DNA of 64,000 bases from a candidate division FCPU426 bacterium. GTDB taxonomy: Bacteria; Oederibacteriota; Muellerivitia; Muellerivitales; Muellerivitaceae. The translations under genes were made by a program, and so were the position numbers. The stretch is from NCBI GenBank assembly GCA_963830915.1, contig CAWHOE010000053.1:1-64000 (forward strand), read 5' to 3'. The notes beneath the pieces are model-generated. The model was not told where the DNA came from. It ran no database searches and saw nothing but the letters and a program-made list of their open reading frames with translations. Of this stretch, positions 41,299 through 52,179 are shown one piece after another (positions within the stretch are counted from its first letter, which is position 1; every line of letters starts with the position of its first letter).

Positions 41299-42300
41299 AT
41301 GATTCGATCATTACCACAACATCTTTTCAGGGTTTTCATTTTTCTTGTCATTTCGATCTTCACTACACATTCATCCTGGTCCTGTTCGGTCTGTGGATGT
41401 GGCGATCCTTTGGCCTCGGCCGGAAGCGCCCGCCCGTTGGCGGGTAGTTGGCGTATATCCTTCGAGCACATCTACTTGACCGCCAGCGCTCAAAGCGACG
41501 ATTTGACCGGTAGTATCGAGTCAATTCGCCAGGTCAATCTCAACACCACCCTTTCCTACAACCCCACGGATGATTTAACTTTGACCGCCATGTTCCCCAT
41601 GGTGGAAAAATACTGGTCCTATACCGCTTCCCCTGTGGCCCTTTCCAGGGGCGGTGGGAACGATGAGGGAACCCCTTTTGGGATTGGCGACATCATGGTG
41701 GGAGCTCGTTATTTCTTCTGGCAGGAAACGGATATGAAAGCCATGCAGCACCAAGCCCTAGCTATTTCCGGCGGGGTCTACCTTCCTTCCGGTGGAACCA
41801 ATTTCACTTCACTTATCACGGGGAATAATCTGGATACCCATGCCCAGCTGGGAACGGACGCCATAGGATTTTACGGGGGAATTCTTTTCAACAAGGTTTG
41901 GGATGACTTTTCTTTGAACATCAATTTCAACGTGGTGGCCCGAACCAAAGCCCTGACCAACGATCCCAACTCGCCGATCTACGACTATACCTTCGGGACC
42001 TCTTATACCGGAGGACTCCAAGGTCAGTTACAAGTCGCTGATGACTTCGCGTTTTCCGGGGCCGTCGAGGGGCGTTATGCGATCACGGATACTGAGCTCA
42101 GCATGACCGATATGACCAACCTGGTTAACACACCTAACACTGGCGGAACGGTTCTGGATGCAACCCCCGGGGTTTGGTGGAACGTCAGCGGAGATACCAC
42201 CCTTTATGCCAAGATCCAGATTCCTTTTTACACTGACCTTACGGGGAGCCAATTCGTAGGGCCGACCTATATTCTGGGTACCCAATTCTTGATCAAGTAA
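41299..42300 (+). CDS. Outer-membrane beta-barrel/transporter-like protein with an N-terminal CxxCxC motif
   Basis: RBS AAGGAG, signal peptide then CSVCGCG, GIGD, LPSG, QLGT, amphipathic strands. Confidence 0.7.
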   Translation: MIRSLPQHLFRVFIFLVISIFTTHSSWSCSVCGCGDPLASAGSARPLAGSWRISFEHIYLTASAQSDDLTGSIESIRQVNLNTTLSYNPTDDLTLTAMFPMVEKYWSYTASPVALSRGGGNDEGTPFGIGDIMVGARYFFWQETDMKAMQHQALAISGGVYLPSGGTNFTSLITGNNLDTHAQLGTDAIGFYGGILFNKVWDDFSLNINFNVVARTKALTNDPNSPIYDYTFGTSYTGGLQGQLQVADDFAFSGAVEGRYAITDTELSMTDMTNLVNTPNTGGTVLDATPGVWWNVSGDTTLYAKIQIPFYTDLTGSQFVGPTYILGTQFLIK

Positions 42301-42307
42301 GGATATT

Positions 42308-42344
42308 GCCGCTTGGATATCACCCCAAGCTGCTTTTCTTTTTT
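42308..42344 (+). terminator. Probable Rho-independent terminator
   Basis: GCTTGG…CCAAGC stem followed by a T-rich run. Confidence 0.55.
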
Positions 42345-42396
42345 GGGTAATCAACGTAAAATCATGCCTCTTTTAACCCACGTCAACGGATAATCA

Positions 42397-43740
42397 ATGT
42401 TTGAGCAACTAACTGAAAAGATACAGAAGGTCTTCAAGAATCTTCGCGGCCAAGGAAAACTGACCGACGAGAACATCCAAGCGGCCCTGCTGGAGGTTCG
42501 CACTGCCCTGCTGGACGCGGATGTGAACCTGGATACCGTCAAGCTATTCCTGGACAAGGTCAAGGCAAAGGCCCTAGGCACGGATGTCTCCTTGAGTCTG
42601 ACCCCCGGCCAAGTAATGATCAAGATCGTCCACGATGAATTGATCCAGTTATTGACCCCGAAGGACCGTAACGCCACCAAACTGAAGTTCGCCCCAGCCC
42701 CACCGACCCTGATCCTTCTGGCCGGGCTTCAAGGAACAGGTAAGACCACCACCGCCGCCAAACTAGCCCTTTTCCTCAAGAACGATGGCCGCAAACCTGG
42801 GCTGGTCGCTGCCGACCTGGTACGTCCTGCCGCTATCGATCAACTATTTTCACTTGCTTCCCAGATCGAAGTTCCATGCTTCAAACCCGAGCCAGGGGAG
42901 AAAGCCATGGATGTCTGTATCCGTGCGGTCAAGACATGTTTGCAAAACAACTGCAATATCTTGATCCTCGATACCGCTGGGCGCCTTCAGATCGATGTGG
43001 AGATGATGGATGAGATCTCAGCGATCCATCAGAAACTCAAACCCTCCAACGTCCTTTTGGTCGTGGACGCCATGACCGGACAGAACGCGGTCCAGGTGGC
43101 TTCCGCCTTCCATGCCAAGCTTCCCTTGACCGGCCTGGTCCTGACGAAAGCGGACGGTGACGCCAGGGGCGGAGCGATATTTTCGATCACTTCGGTGACC
43201 GGGGTGCCCATTCAATTCGTGGGAGTGAGCGAGAAAATGGACGGGTTGGAGGCCTTCTATCCGGACCGCACCGCTTCCCGGATACTCGGAATGGGTGACA
43301 TGTTGACCTTGATCGAAAAAGCCGAGACTGTGGCCCGTCAGACCGCGATGGAAAGGCAGAAATTTTCCAAAGCATCCGATTTCGACTTGAACCACCTGTT
43401 GGACCAGATCAGGCAATTGAAGAAGATGGGATCGATGGAAGAGATCATCAATATGATGCCGGGAGACCATGCCCAAAAAAAACAGATGATGGCGGGAGCG
43501 CCGGATGAAAGACGTATCAAGCGCATGGAGGCCATCCTGCTTTCCATGACCGCGAAGGAAAGGCGTTTTCCCCAAATCCTGGACGGATCCCGTAAAAGAC
43601 GCATCGCGGCTGGTAGCGGAACCAGGCCTGATGAGATCAATACGCTCTTGAAGCAATATGACATGATGCGAAAGGTGATGAAAAAAGGCAGTCTGGGCGG
43701 TCTGGGGAAGGGTTTTCCTCCCGGTATGTTCCCCAAGTGA
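42397..43740 (+). CDS. ffh: Signal recognition particle protein
   Basis: ALL.ADV, GLQG.GKTTT, DTAGR, TK.DGDARGG, RILGMGD, Met-rich M domain. Confidence 0.97.
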   Translation: MFEQLTEKIQKVFKNLRGQGKLTDENIQAALLEVRTALLDADVNLDTVKLFLDKVKAKALGTDVSLSLTPGQVMIKIVHDELIQLLTPKDRNATKLKFAPAPPTLILLAGLQGTGKTTTAAKLALFLKNDGRKPGLVAADLVRPAAIDQLFSLASQIEVPCFKPEPGEKAMDVCIRAVKTCLQNNCNILILDTAGRLQIDVEMMDEISAIHQKLKPSNVLLVVDAMTGQNAVQVASAFHAKLPLTGLVLTKADGDARGGAIFSITSVTGVPIQFVGVSEKMDGLEAFYPDRTASRILGMGDMLTLIEKAETVARQTAMERQKFSKASDFDLNHLLDQIRQLKKMGSMEEIINMMPGDHAQKKQMMAGAPDERRIKRMEAILLSMTAKERRFPQILDGSRKRRIAAGSGTRPDEINTLLKQYDMMRKVMKKGSLGGLGKGFPPGMFPK

Positions 43741-43817
43741 TCCAGGTTTAGACCAAAGAAAAAATATTCCGGCCTTGGAATATCCGATTTATTATCCAAA
43801 AGAACCCCCTGTTCACG

Positions 43818-43847
43818 TTGACGTTCTAAAAGAAACAGGGCTACAAT
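43818..43847 (+). promoter_or_regulatory. Candidate sigma70 promoter
   Basis: TTGACG-N18-TACAAT upstream of 43895. Confidence 0.5.
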
Positions 43848-43894
43848 GTTGGCCCGCTCATTCTTCACTCTAAATCAAGGTAAACGGCTAAAAC

Positions 43895-45928
43895 ATGGGA
43901 CTTTTTGGGAGCAAAGACGAAAAGAAAAAGGAACTTCTCGATTCGGCCCAAAAGCTGATCGAGCAGGGGGATTTGACCAAAGCCCAAAAGGAACTCCAAA
44001 AAGCCGTTGAGATGGACCCAGCTTATAAGGAAGCCCAGACTGCCCTAGGTTTCCTTTATGTTGATCTTGGACAGAATGACAATGCCATCCAGACCTTCAA
44101 AAAAGTCATCATCATCGAGAACGACTCACAAGAAGCCTGGAACAACCTGGGCTTGACCCTCGCCCGGTGCGAGCGCTACACCGAAGCCATCAAGACTTTC
44201 GAGGACGCCATCTCCCGCAATCCTAAGGTCGCCACTTTTTATAACAACTTGGGGAATGTCTATTACGAACTGGGTCAATACGCCCAGGCCATGCAGGTTT
44301 TCCAGACCGCTGTTGAGCTGGACCCATCCTACGCTGAATCCTATCACCGTTTGGGTATCGACAAGGACACGGCCGGTAATATGGACGCCACGATCAAAAG
44401 GCTGGAGGAATCGGCCAAGACCGGGAAGAACAAGGCCAAAACCGCCTACGACATCGGCAACATTTACGCTAAACAGGAATTGTTGGATAAAGCCATTAAG
44501 TCCTTCCAGGAAGCCACCCGGTTGGATCCCCGTTTCGAGGCGGCTTGGATGGCACTGGGGTTCGCTCTTGAACGCAAGGGGGACCTTCAAAAAGCCCTGG
44601 AGACCTTCAGCCAGGTCATCACGCTGAATCCCCAAAGCGCCAAGATCCATAACACCGTGGGGCTCATCTTCGACAAACTCCAACTCTATAAACAAGCCAT
44701 CAACGAGTACCGCATCGCCATCAAACTGGAACCCAGCTACACGAACGCCCATTTCATTCTTGGACAGGTTTACGAGAATAAAGGGATCATGGAAAAGGCC
44801 ATCGCCGAGTACGAAAAATTCGTTCGTATCCATGAGACAGGCGCCATGGTCGAAGAGGCCAAGGGACGTATTGCCAAACTTAAGAATTCGACCCCTGAGG
44901 AAGTGGAACAGCTGTTGAACCTGAAAAAACAGGACGTTCCCCTTCCCGTCAGCGACGAAACTAAGACAGAGAAGGCCAAACCGGCCGAGTCGCCAGCCGC
45001 GCCCTCTACGACCCACGAAGTGGATGGTTTCAAGCTGACTGACCCCAAAGAATATTTGAAACAGGTCCTAGCCAAAGCGAAAGCGGCGAAAAATCCTCAG
45101 CCTGCCCCAGTAACCGCGCCGTCGCCCGCTGTGGTCGCACCGGTTGTGCCAACCGTATCCGCGGCACCCACCGTAAAAACCGCTCCTATCATGCCTTCCA
45201 CTCCCGAACCTCCTACTCCTCAACCTGCGCTTCAAGTAAAACAACCAGAAACCTCTCCATCCACAGCTCCTGAGGTCAAAGCAACCCTTCCCACACCACC
45301 GATCCAAACGGCCTCATCAACCCCTGTTCTAGCGCCACCTATTACGCCGGAAGTTCAAACTGAGACCGCTCCCGCAGCACCCATAGCGAAAGCGACAGTC
45401 CCCACAACCGCAGACGCACCCATACCCGTTACTCCAGCCGCTGTTCCGGTCCATTTCACTGGCGAAGAAGAGACCGTTTCCGCCATTCCTATTTATACTC
45501 CAGACCAACCTCCCCCGGCTTCCGCCCTTGATGGTTATGTGTTGGATGAGCAAGAGGTCCTTGCCGCCATAGCCCAGGTGGATACCCAGAGCGTGGAAGA
45601 GCAATCCCAAGTTTTAGAGGCGGTCGAGGCCATCAGTTTCCCCCATTCAAACACGGATGAATTGTTGGAGGATACGGACTCGATCGCATCGCAACCAGTC
45701 CCGGTCAAAACGTCTCCATCTCCAGTGATTCCCCAACCCGTTGTTCCTCCTCCCACGACGGCCAACCCTAAACCGCCGCCGATCGAACCTCCCCCCCTCC
45801 ACAAAAATCTAGTATCAAACGGGGCTTCTATTGATTTAAAGGCAAGTTCTCTTTCCCCCGTTTTTTGTCTTGCGTCTTGGAATTACCATCTTACAATTGT
45901 TCGGTCATCTGAATTATCCAAGGAGTGA
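43895..45928 (+). CDS. TPR-repeat protein with a long Pro/Ala/Thr-rich tail
   Basis: Multiple AW.NLG/…DP TPR units in the first ~330 aa. The true stop may be near 45834 if the C-run near 45790 is miscalled. Confidence 0.85.
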   Translation: MGLFGSKDEKKKELLDSAQKLIEQGDLTKAQKELQKAVEMDPAYKEAQTALGFLYVDLGQNDNAIQTFKKVIIIENDSQEAWNNLGLTLARCERYTEAIKTFEDAISRNPKVATFYNNLGNVYYELGQYAQAMQVFQTAVELDPSYAESYHRLGIDKDTAGNMDATIKRLEESAKTGKNKAKTAYDIGNIYAKQELLDKAIKSFQEATRLDPRFEAAWMALGFALERKGDLQKALETFSQVITLNPQSAKIHNTVGLIFDKLQLYKQAINEYRIAIKLEPSYTNAHFILGQVYENKGIMEKAIAEYEKFVRIHETGAMVEEAKGRIAKLKNSTPEEVEQLLNLKKQDVPLPVSDETKTEKAKPAESPAAPSTTHEVDGFKLTDPKEYLKQVLAKAKAAKNPQPAPVTAPSPAVVAPVVPTVSAAPTVKTAPIMPSTPEPPTPQPALQVKQPETSPSTAPEVKATLPTPPIQTASSTPVLAPPITPEVQTETAPAAPIAKATVPTTADAPIPVTPAAVPVHFTGEEETVSAIPIYTPDQPPPASALDGYVLDEQEVLAAIAQVDTQSVEEQSQVLEAVEAISFPHSNTDELLEDTDSIASQPVPVKTSPSPVIPQPVVPPPTTANPKPPPIEPPPLHKNLVSNGASIDLKASSLSPVFCLASWNYHLTIVRSSELSKE

Positions 45929-45931
45929 ACC

Positions 45932-46387
45932 ATGCCCGATGTGAGTTATCTGGCCAAATATTCCCCTTTTAAAAGTTTCGATGGTAACGACCTGGACGCT
46001 TTGGGATCGGTGGGCGAGGAAAAAGTCTTCAAGAAGGATGAGCTGATCTTCGACGAGGATTCCAAGGGCGACAGCATGTACATTCTCAAAGCCGGCTCGG
46101 TCAAGATCATCAAGAAAGTCAAGAACCAGGAAAATACGATTGCAGTGCTGAACGCCGGCGAGTTCTTCGGTGAAATGGCTTTATTGGATGGGCTACCCCG
46201 TTCAGCCGCAGTCAGGGCCACCAGCGACTGTGAGGTCCTGTTGGTCACCCTGGAAGGCTATCAAAAACTTCGTCGGGAAAAACCCCATACCGCCTTGAAG
46301 CTGATGGATATCATCATCAAGGTCTTGTCCAACAGGCTGCGCCAAGCCAACAAGAACCTGGAAGTCATCAGTTTTTGGATCGAATGA
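45932..46387 (+). CDS. Stand-alone cyclic-nucleotide-binding domain protein
   Basis: GEFFGEMALLDG.PRSA; no HTH; RBS AAGGAG. Confidence 0.9.
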   Translation: MPDVSYLAKYSPFKSFDGNDLDALGSVGEEKVFKKDELIFDEDSKGDSMYILKAGSVKIIKKVKNQENTIAVLNAGEFFGEMALLDGLPRSAAVRATSDCEVLLVTLEGYQKLRREKPHTALKLMDIIIKVLSNRLRQANKNLEVISFWIE

Positions 46388-46405
46388 CCTTCCGATCCCG
46401 TACAT

Positions 46406-46439
46406 AAAAAAAGCCCAGGATATTATCCGGGGCTTTTTT
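46406..46439. terminator. Bidirectional Rho-independent terminator
   Basis: A7-GCCCAGGATA TT ATCCGGGGC-T6 between convergent genes. Confidence 0.85.
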
Positions 46440-46485
46440 GTTTCCAGCGATTTTAATCAGCTAATCTGCCCATTACTGGGGAAGA

Positions 46486-46770
46486 TCAGTTGTTTTGGCT
46501 CTGTTGTTTCTTGGCTTCCTGCTCTTCTTCCCATTGCTTCCGGCGCGCCACACGGGCCTCGTCCGAAAGCATTGAGGTCATGATGTTTCCAATCCTTGCC
46601 TTGATATTAAGAAGGGCGCGATCCTTGCCTCCCCCAAAATCAGGGACCATGATCTCGCCGAAGTTATTGATATGGGTCTTGGCAAACACTTTCCCACTCT
46701 TGGCGATGAACTCGACCTCAAAATCCTTCTCGTGAATGGTTACCTTGACGGTTTCGTTATCCTGAGCCAT
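46486..46770 (-). CDS. Hypothetical protein
   Basis: RBS AAGGTGG; 94-aa ORF ending at the shared terminator. Confidence 0.6.
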   Translation of the reverse strand: MAQDNETVKVTIHEKDFEVEFIAKSGKVFAKTHINNFGEIMVPDFGGGKDRALLNIKARIGNIMTSMLSDEARVARRKQWEEEQEAKKQQSQNN

Positions 46771-46979
46771 AGACCACCTTGTTTTCTTGGGATTACCAAC
46801 GGGAGGCGTATCTTAACCACCCCAAGACGCTTTTTCAAGCCTTTGTAATCGCTTAGGATCCTGAAGTCCAAGGGTTTCAGGTTTAATCACTTTAACCCGA
46901 CTTGTCGATATTTCCTTGATTCTTTTTATCGCAATTGATATCTATAAGTCCGCCGCAACTCTGCCCAGTTGAGGTCTAT

Positions 46980-48516
46980 ATGCTATCGAATATCCGAAGC
47001 GCCGCTTTATTGGGGATCGACGCCTATCCGGTCGAAGTGGAAGTGGACATCTGCCCAGGTCTTCCCACTTTTCAAACGGTTGGGTTGCCTGACACCGCGG
47101 TCAAGGAATCCAAGGACCGTGTCAAAAGCGCCATCACCAATTCCCAGTTTTCTTTTCCTATCCAACGCATCACCGTCAACCTAGCCCCTGCCGATACTAA
47201 AAAAGAAGGTCCCTCTTTCGATCTGCCCATGGCGGTCGGGATCCTGGTGGCTTCTGGCCGCTTACCCCAAAAACTCGTGGAAGGCTATTGGTTGGTGGGT
47301 GAATTGGCCCTGGACGGCAAGATCCGTCCCATCCGGGGAGCTCTTTCCATCGCGTTGGCTGCCCGGGATTGCAAAGTGAAAGGCCTGCTGGTTCCTGCGG
47401 AAAACGCCAAGGAAGCGGGAGTGGTCCAGGAAGTACCCGTCTTCGCGGTAAAGAACCTGAAGGAAACTTTCGACTTTTTAAGCGGTACCAAACCGATGAA
47501 CCCCATCCAGGTCAATATCGAGGAAGAGTTCAAACAACATTCGACCTATAAGGTCGATTTTTCTGACGTCAAGGGACAGGAGAACGCCAAGAGAGCTTTG
47601 GAAATCGGCGCCGCGGGGGGACATAACATCCTTCTGGTGGGCCCGCCTGGTTCGGGAAAAACCATGCTCACCAAACGGTTGCCCACCATCCTCCCTCCCT
47701 TGTCCTTGGAGGAAGCCATCCAATCCACCAAAGTCCACTCCATTGCCGGCACCCTAGGACGCCGAAAAGCCCTGATGGCGACCCGGGCCTTTCGATCCCC
47801 CCATCACACCATTTCTGACGCTGGTCTCATCGGCTGGAGGAAGTATCCCCAAACCTGGCGAGGTCAGCCTATCGCACAACGGGGTTCTTTTCTTGGACGA
47901 ATTCCCGGAATTCAACAAGAACGTGTTGGAGGTCCTGCGCCAACCCTTGGAAGAAGGCCAGGTGACGATTTCTCGCGTCCAATCAAGTTTGACCTTCCCG
48001 GCTCAGTTCATGTTAGCTTCTGCCATGAATCCATGCCCCTGCGGCTACTACACCGATCCTTCCCGGGAATGCACCTGTACGCCGCATCAGATCCACAAGT
48101 ACCTGAGCAAGATTTCGGGGCCTCTTTTGGACCGCATTGACCTTCACATTGAGGTTCCGGCCCTGAAATGGAAGGATATGTCCAATGACGAACCCACCGA
48201 GCCGTCCAGTGCCATACGGGATCGTATCTGCAAAGCCCGGGAGATCCAGCAAATGCGTTATACGAATGAGGGGATCCATTGCAACGCCCAGATGTCGACC
48301 CAACACCTGCGAAAACATTGTTCCTTAAATGAATCCTCCCAGGCCTTATTGAAAAGCGCCATGGAGAAATTCAGTCTTTCCGCTCGGGCCTATGACCGTA
48401 TCCTGAAAGTCGCAAGAACCATTGCTGACTTGGATGGGCAAGAGGATATTCAACCTGGTTATATTGCTGAGGCTATCCAATACCGCAACTTGGACCGCAG
48501 TGTCTGGCGCAACTGA
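46980..48516 (+). CDS. comM: YifB/ComM Mg-chelatase-like AAA+ ATPase, +1 frameshift at ~47835
   Basis: [64 protein letters not shown]. Confidence 0.9.
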
Positions 48517-48531
48517 TATCTAATGATTTTA

Positions 48532-49512
48532 TTATCTGTTGACCGTACTCATATCCGCGTATCTCGCTCCAGAAGTGACTCCTTTGGGGAATGCCTCATC
48601 CAAGTCATCCAGACCTGTTTGGGAAAGGACTACTTCCACCGCCTTAGCGTTCTCCTCCAGACGTGATCGCTTCTTAGTCCCGGGAATAGGCACGATATCC
48701 TTGCCTTGCGATAATACCCAGGCTAGGGCCAATTGGGCCGCAGTTACCTTCTTTTGGACAGCCATTTGCTGGACCACCTTGGCCAACTCCAGGTTCTTCT
48801 GGAAATTTTCTCCCTGAAAACGGGGGTGTTTGCGACGCCAATCATCCTCAGGCAGGTCCGCCAGGGTCTTAAAGGCGCCGGTCAGGAAACCCCGTCCCAA
48901 CGGGCTATAAGAAACAAATCCGATGCCCAATTCCCGAGTTGTCTGGAGTATTTCCCCTTCTGGGTCCCGGGACCAAAGCGAATATTCCGTTTGAAGGGCT
49001 GATATAGGGTGAACTTTATGGGCCCTCCTGATCGTGGCCGGTGCCGCCTCGGACAATCCCAGGTAACGGACCTTCCCCTGCTTGACCAGCTCAGCCATGG
49101 CTCCCACCGTATCCTCGATAGGGGTATTGGCGTCCACGCGATGCTGGTAATAGAGGTCGATATGTTCGATTTTCAGACGTCTGAGGGAATCCTCGCAACA
49201 TTTTCTCACATACTCGGGCTTGCCATTGACCCCTAGAAATTTCCCATCCGGCGTCCTTTGGTTACCGAACTTGGTGGCGATGACGAATCGATCGCGTTTT
49301 CCCGCGATGGCCTTGCCGACCAACTCCTCGTTCAAAAAGGGTCCATACATATCTGCCGTGTCCAGAAAATCGATCCCTAGGTCCAGGGCCCGATGGATGG
49401 TGGCGATGGATTCCAGATCTTCCCTTCCCGAATAGAAATCGGACATGCCCATACAACCTAATCCCATCCTGGAAACCATCAATCCTTCACGACCCAAAGG
49501 CATTCGTTCCAT
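48532..49512 (-). CDS. Aldo/keto reductase
   Basis: [35 protein letters not shown]. Confidence 0.95.
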   Translation of the reverse strand: MERMPLGREGLMVSRMGLGCMGMSDFYSGREDLESIATIHRALDLGIDFLDTADMYGPFLNEELVGKAIAGKRDRFVIATKFGNQRTPDGKFLGVNGKPEYVRKCCEDSLRRLKIEHIDLYYQHRVDANTPIEDTVGAMAELVKQGKVRYLGLSEAAPATIRRAHKVHPISALQTEYSLWSRDPEGEILQTTRELGIGFVSYSPLGRGFLTGAFKTLADLPEDDWRRKHPRFQGENFQKNLELAKVVQQMAVQKKVTAAQLALAWVLSQGKDIVPIPGTKKRSRLEENAKAVEVVLSQTGLDDLDEAFPKGVTSGARYADMSTVNR

Positions 49513-49713
49513 CGGTCTATCCTCCTTGAATGGTAGATTCCCGCCTTCAAATTAACGGCTCGTGCAAACCAATGCAATAGTTGTTAACGTTCAATGACAT
49601 CGCCTCAAATTCGAGAAATTTAACGGTTCCGTAACCCTTTGTTCATTTGGGATGGATGGCCTACCGTTAGGTTTTAACCCAATGCCGCTTACGAAAGAAT
49701 ATCGGAGCCCTTT

Positions 49714-50901
49714 TTGCGGATAGCCTATTTCACGGAAAGCCTTCCCCCATTGACAGACGGGGTCGCCCGCACCTACACCCGCCTTGTCGAAACCCTGAAC
49801 GACAAAAAGATCGACTGTCTTTTCTTCAGTCCCTCTAAACCGAAGGAAGAGGAACCCTGGCGGAAAAGGGTCATCAAGCTGCCTTCCGTCCCCTTTCCTT
49901 TGTACCGCTATTACCGAATGGGCATTCCCAATCGTTTCAAGTTGGATCCCATTCTGGACCGTTTCCAACCCGACCTGATCCACGTTGCCGCACCCACTCC
50001 CTTATGCCTCTACGGTCAGAATTACGCTTTTCGTCGAAAACTGCCAACCGTCGCGAGTTATCACACCCATTTCGTCGATTATTTCCCCTATTACGGTTTC
50101 AAGTGGGCCATCGACGGCGGGTGGAAATGGATGAAATGGTGTTACAACCGTAGTTTCTATACCTTCGCCCCTACACAAGGAACGTCCAATGAACTGACGG
50201 CCAGGGGATTCAACAATGTTCGATTATGGCCTAGGGGGATCGATGGAAAGAAATTCTCACCCGCATTCCGAAGTGAGGACCTCCGAAAAAAACTGGGGAT
50301 CGGATCACAGCTTCTCCTACTATTCGTTGGGAGGATGGTGTCCGAAAAGAACCTTCAGGATCTGGCAGATGCCGCCCTTGATCTTCGATCGCAAGGTTAC
50401 CAATTCCATCTGGCCTTCGCTGGGGACGGTCCCTATAGGGCAGTCATGGAAAAGCAGCTGCCCAATGACCATTTCTTCGGTTTCATCCAAGGTCAAGAAC
50501 TGGCGGAACTATATGCCTCCTCCGATATATTCGTGTTCCCTTCCACAACCGAAACCTTCGGGAACGTCACTTTGGAGGCCTTCGCATCCGGGCTTCCGGT
50601 GGTGGCCGTCAACAAAGGCGGTTCAGCGGATCTGGTCCAGGACGGGATCAATGGCTATTTAGCCAAACCAACCGACCCCAAGGATTTCGCCCAAAAGATC
50701 CTGCCATTGCTGGAAAATGAACCCCTTCGGAAAAGTCTAAGCCAAGGTGCCCTTCAGACTGCCCAAACCTATGATTGGCCTACGATTAATATGCGATTAT
50801 TGGATATTTGCGAAACCTTGGTTGCGGAAAATTCACATCATCCGGAAGCTCAAAAAGAAAACCCACTCTCAGGAGAAGCAGCCGCAAAGTTATTTGTTTA
50901 A
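49714..50901 (+). CDS. Glycosyltransferase family 4 (GT-B)
   Basis: MRIA.FTE..PP..DGV, SYHT, FVGR…EKN, ETFGNV.LEA.ASG.PVV. Confidence 0.93.
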   Translation: MRIAYFTESLPPLTDGVARTYTRLVETLNDKKIDCLFFSPSKPKEEEPWRKRVIKLPSVPFPLYRYYRMGIPNRFKLDPILDRFQPDLIHVAAPTPLCLYGQNYAFRRKLPTVASYHTHFVDYFPYYGFKWAIDGGWKWMKWCYNRSFYTFAPTQGTSNELTARGFNNVRLWPRGIDGKKFSPAFRSEDLRKKLGIGSQLLLLFVGRMVSEKNLQDLADAALDLRSQGYQFHLAFAGDGPYRAVMEKQLPNDHFFGFIQGQELAELYASSDIFVFPSTTETFGNVTLEAFASGLPVVAVNKGGSADLVQDGINGYLAKPTDPKDFAQKILPLLENEPLRKSLSQGALQTAQTYDWPTINMRLLDICETLVAENSHHPEAQKENPLSGEAAAKLFV

Positions 50902-50955
50902 TTCCGAGGCTATTCAAAGCTTCCAACCAGGCTGGTTTTACCCGATAATTTCTTA

Positions 50956-51624
50956 ATGGCTCCCAAACTCAATCTGTTTCTAAAACTCATACTCACCGCA
51001 TTTATTGTTTCTTGTTTCCGAACCACGGGCCATTGCCAGGAAATCCCCAACTTTAGTCTGATGTTCCACGGCGGACAGGATATTTCGACTGGGTTCATTC
51101 CAGCCAATAGCCCCGGTTTGGAAGGCGGTCTGGGAATGGGTATAGGCATAACAAACCAGATAGACGGTCTCTGGGGACTGGACTTGCTCACCATGCAAAG
51201 TACCGTCCAAGCACCCATCACCCTTTCATTACCCACTCCCTCCCAGCCGGTTTCTTTGGTCCCGCTTCAGCCTACGGTCGATATCGCCCTGTCGGTCAAT
51301 ACTCGTTTGTATCTCAATGACAAGTGGGACTTCATCCATGAACGTTTTAATACTGACCCGTACTTATTGGTTGGGTTGGGAATGGACTTGATGGTCGATG
51401 AATATCCCTTACCCCCGAATACTCCTTTCTACAGCGCCAGTTACGATATTTTATTTGGAATGAATCTTGGCGCAGGGATCGACATTCCTGTGGATAAAAC
51501 CTGGTTTTTTTACGCGGAAGGATTGGATCATCTGGTGGTTTGGCAAGGTTTGACGCAGGTTTACATTTTGCGGGGTGGGTTCAAAGTTATGCTGGACTCA
51601 GCCCACGTGGATCCCTTCCGATAA
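50956..51624 (+). CDS. Putative small outer-membrane beta-barrel protein
   Basis: Signal peptide; PYLLVGLG and G.NLGAGID strands. Confidence 0.55.
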   Translation: MAPKLNLFLKLILTAFIVSCFRTTGHCQEIPNFSLMFHGGQDISTGFIPANSPGLEGGLGMGIGITNQIDGLWGLDLLTMQSTVQAPITLSLPTPSQPVSLVPLQPTVDIALSVNTRLYLNDKWDFIHERFNTDPYLLVGLGMDLMVDEYPLPPNTPFYSASYDILFGMNLGAGIDIPVDKTWFFYAEGLDHLVVWQGLTQVYILRGGFKVMLDSAHVDPFR

Positions 51625-51655
51625 AGAACATCCCATCGGGATCTCCGTACACCAT

Positions 51656-51955
51656 TCAAGGCTTATCCCATTTTTCCCGGCTTGCGACAAAAGCTTTTAC
51701 TGCGGAAAGGGGTGTGTCCAAGGGGGGAATCCCGATCACGGTGATATATTCGGTTTTATTTTGGCTGTTTTGAAAACCCCATCCAAAAGCCTGTTTGGCT
51801 TGTGGATGATCCTTCAATTCGAACACTTCCACCTTGCCCTGCCAAACGACCTGACCATCCATTGAGAGTCGCACCGGCTGGGTTTGGCGATAGATTGCCC
51901 CGCAGTTTCCGCGGTGCTCAATAGCGGTCAAAAGATTTTCCCTGTACTCATCCAT
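51656..51955 (-). CDS. Conserved-looking hypothetical protein
   Basis: VW.G.VEVF.L..HP.A…PP..TP..AV.A pattern; RBS AAGG. Confidence 0.6.
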   Translation of the reverse strand: MDEYRENLLTAIEHRGNCGAIYRQTQPVRLSMDGQVVWQGKVEVFELKDHPQAKQAFGWGFQNSQNKTEYITVIGIPPLDTPLSAVKAFVASREKWDKP

Positions 51956-52179
51956 CCGTAATACCTTTCAATGCGGCTTCTGATTAAAACGGTAAACCAC
52001 GTCAGAACATCGATCCTTTATTATTTTAACCTAACCAGCCCAATGACTTGTTCATTTTATAATTAGTAAGGCCAACCAACAATGACCGATCCCCATCAAG
52101 GTGAAAGCCATCATAGGGGCTAAGTTCCTGAATTAACCAGAGGTCAATGAAAGATAACCAACCCAACCTTAAATAACTC

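Noticed and set aside
47821..47860. comM disrupted by a mobile element
   Set aside because: comM is a known integration hotspot, but here only one extra base separates the two halves.
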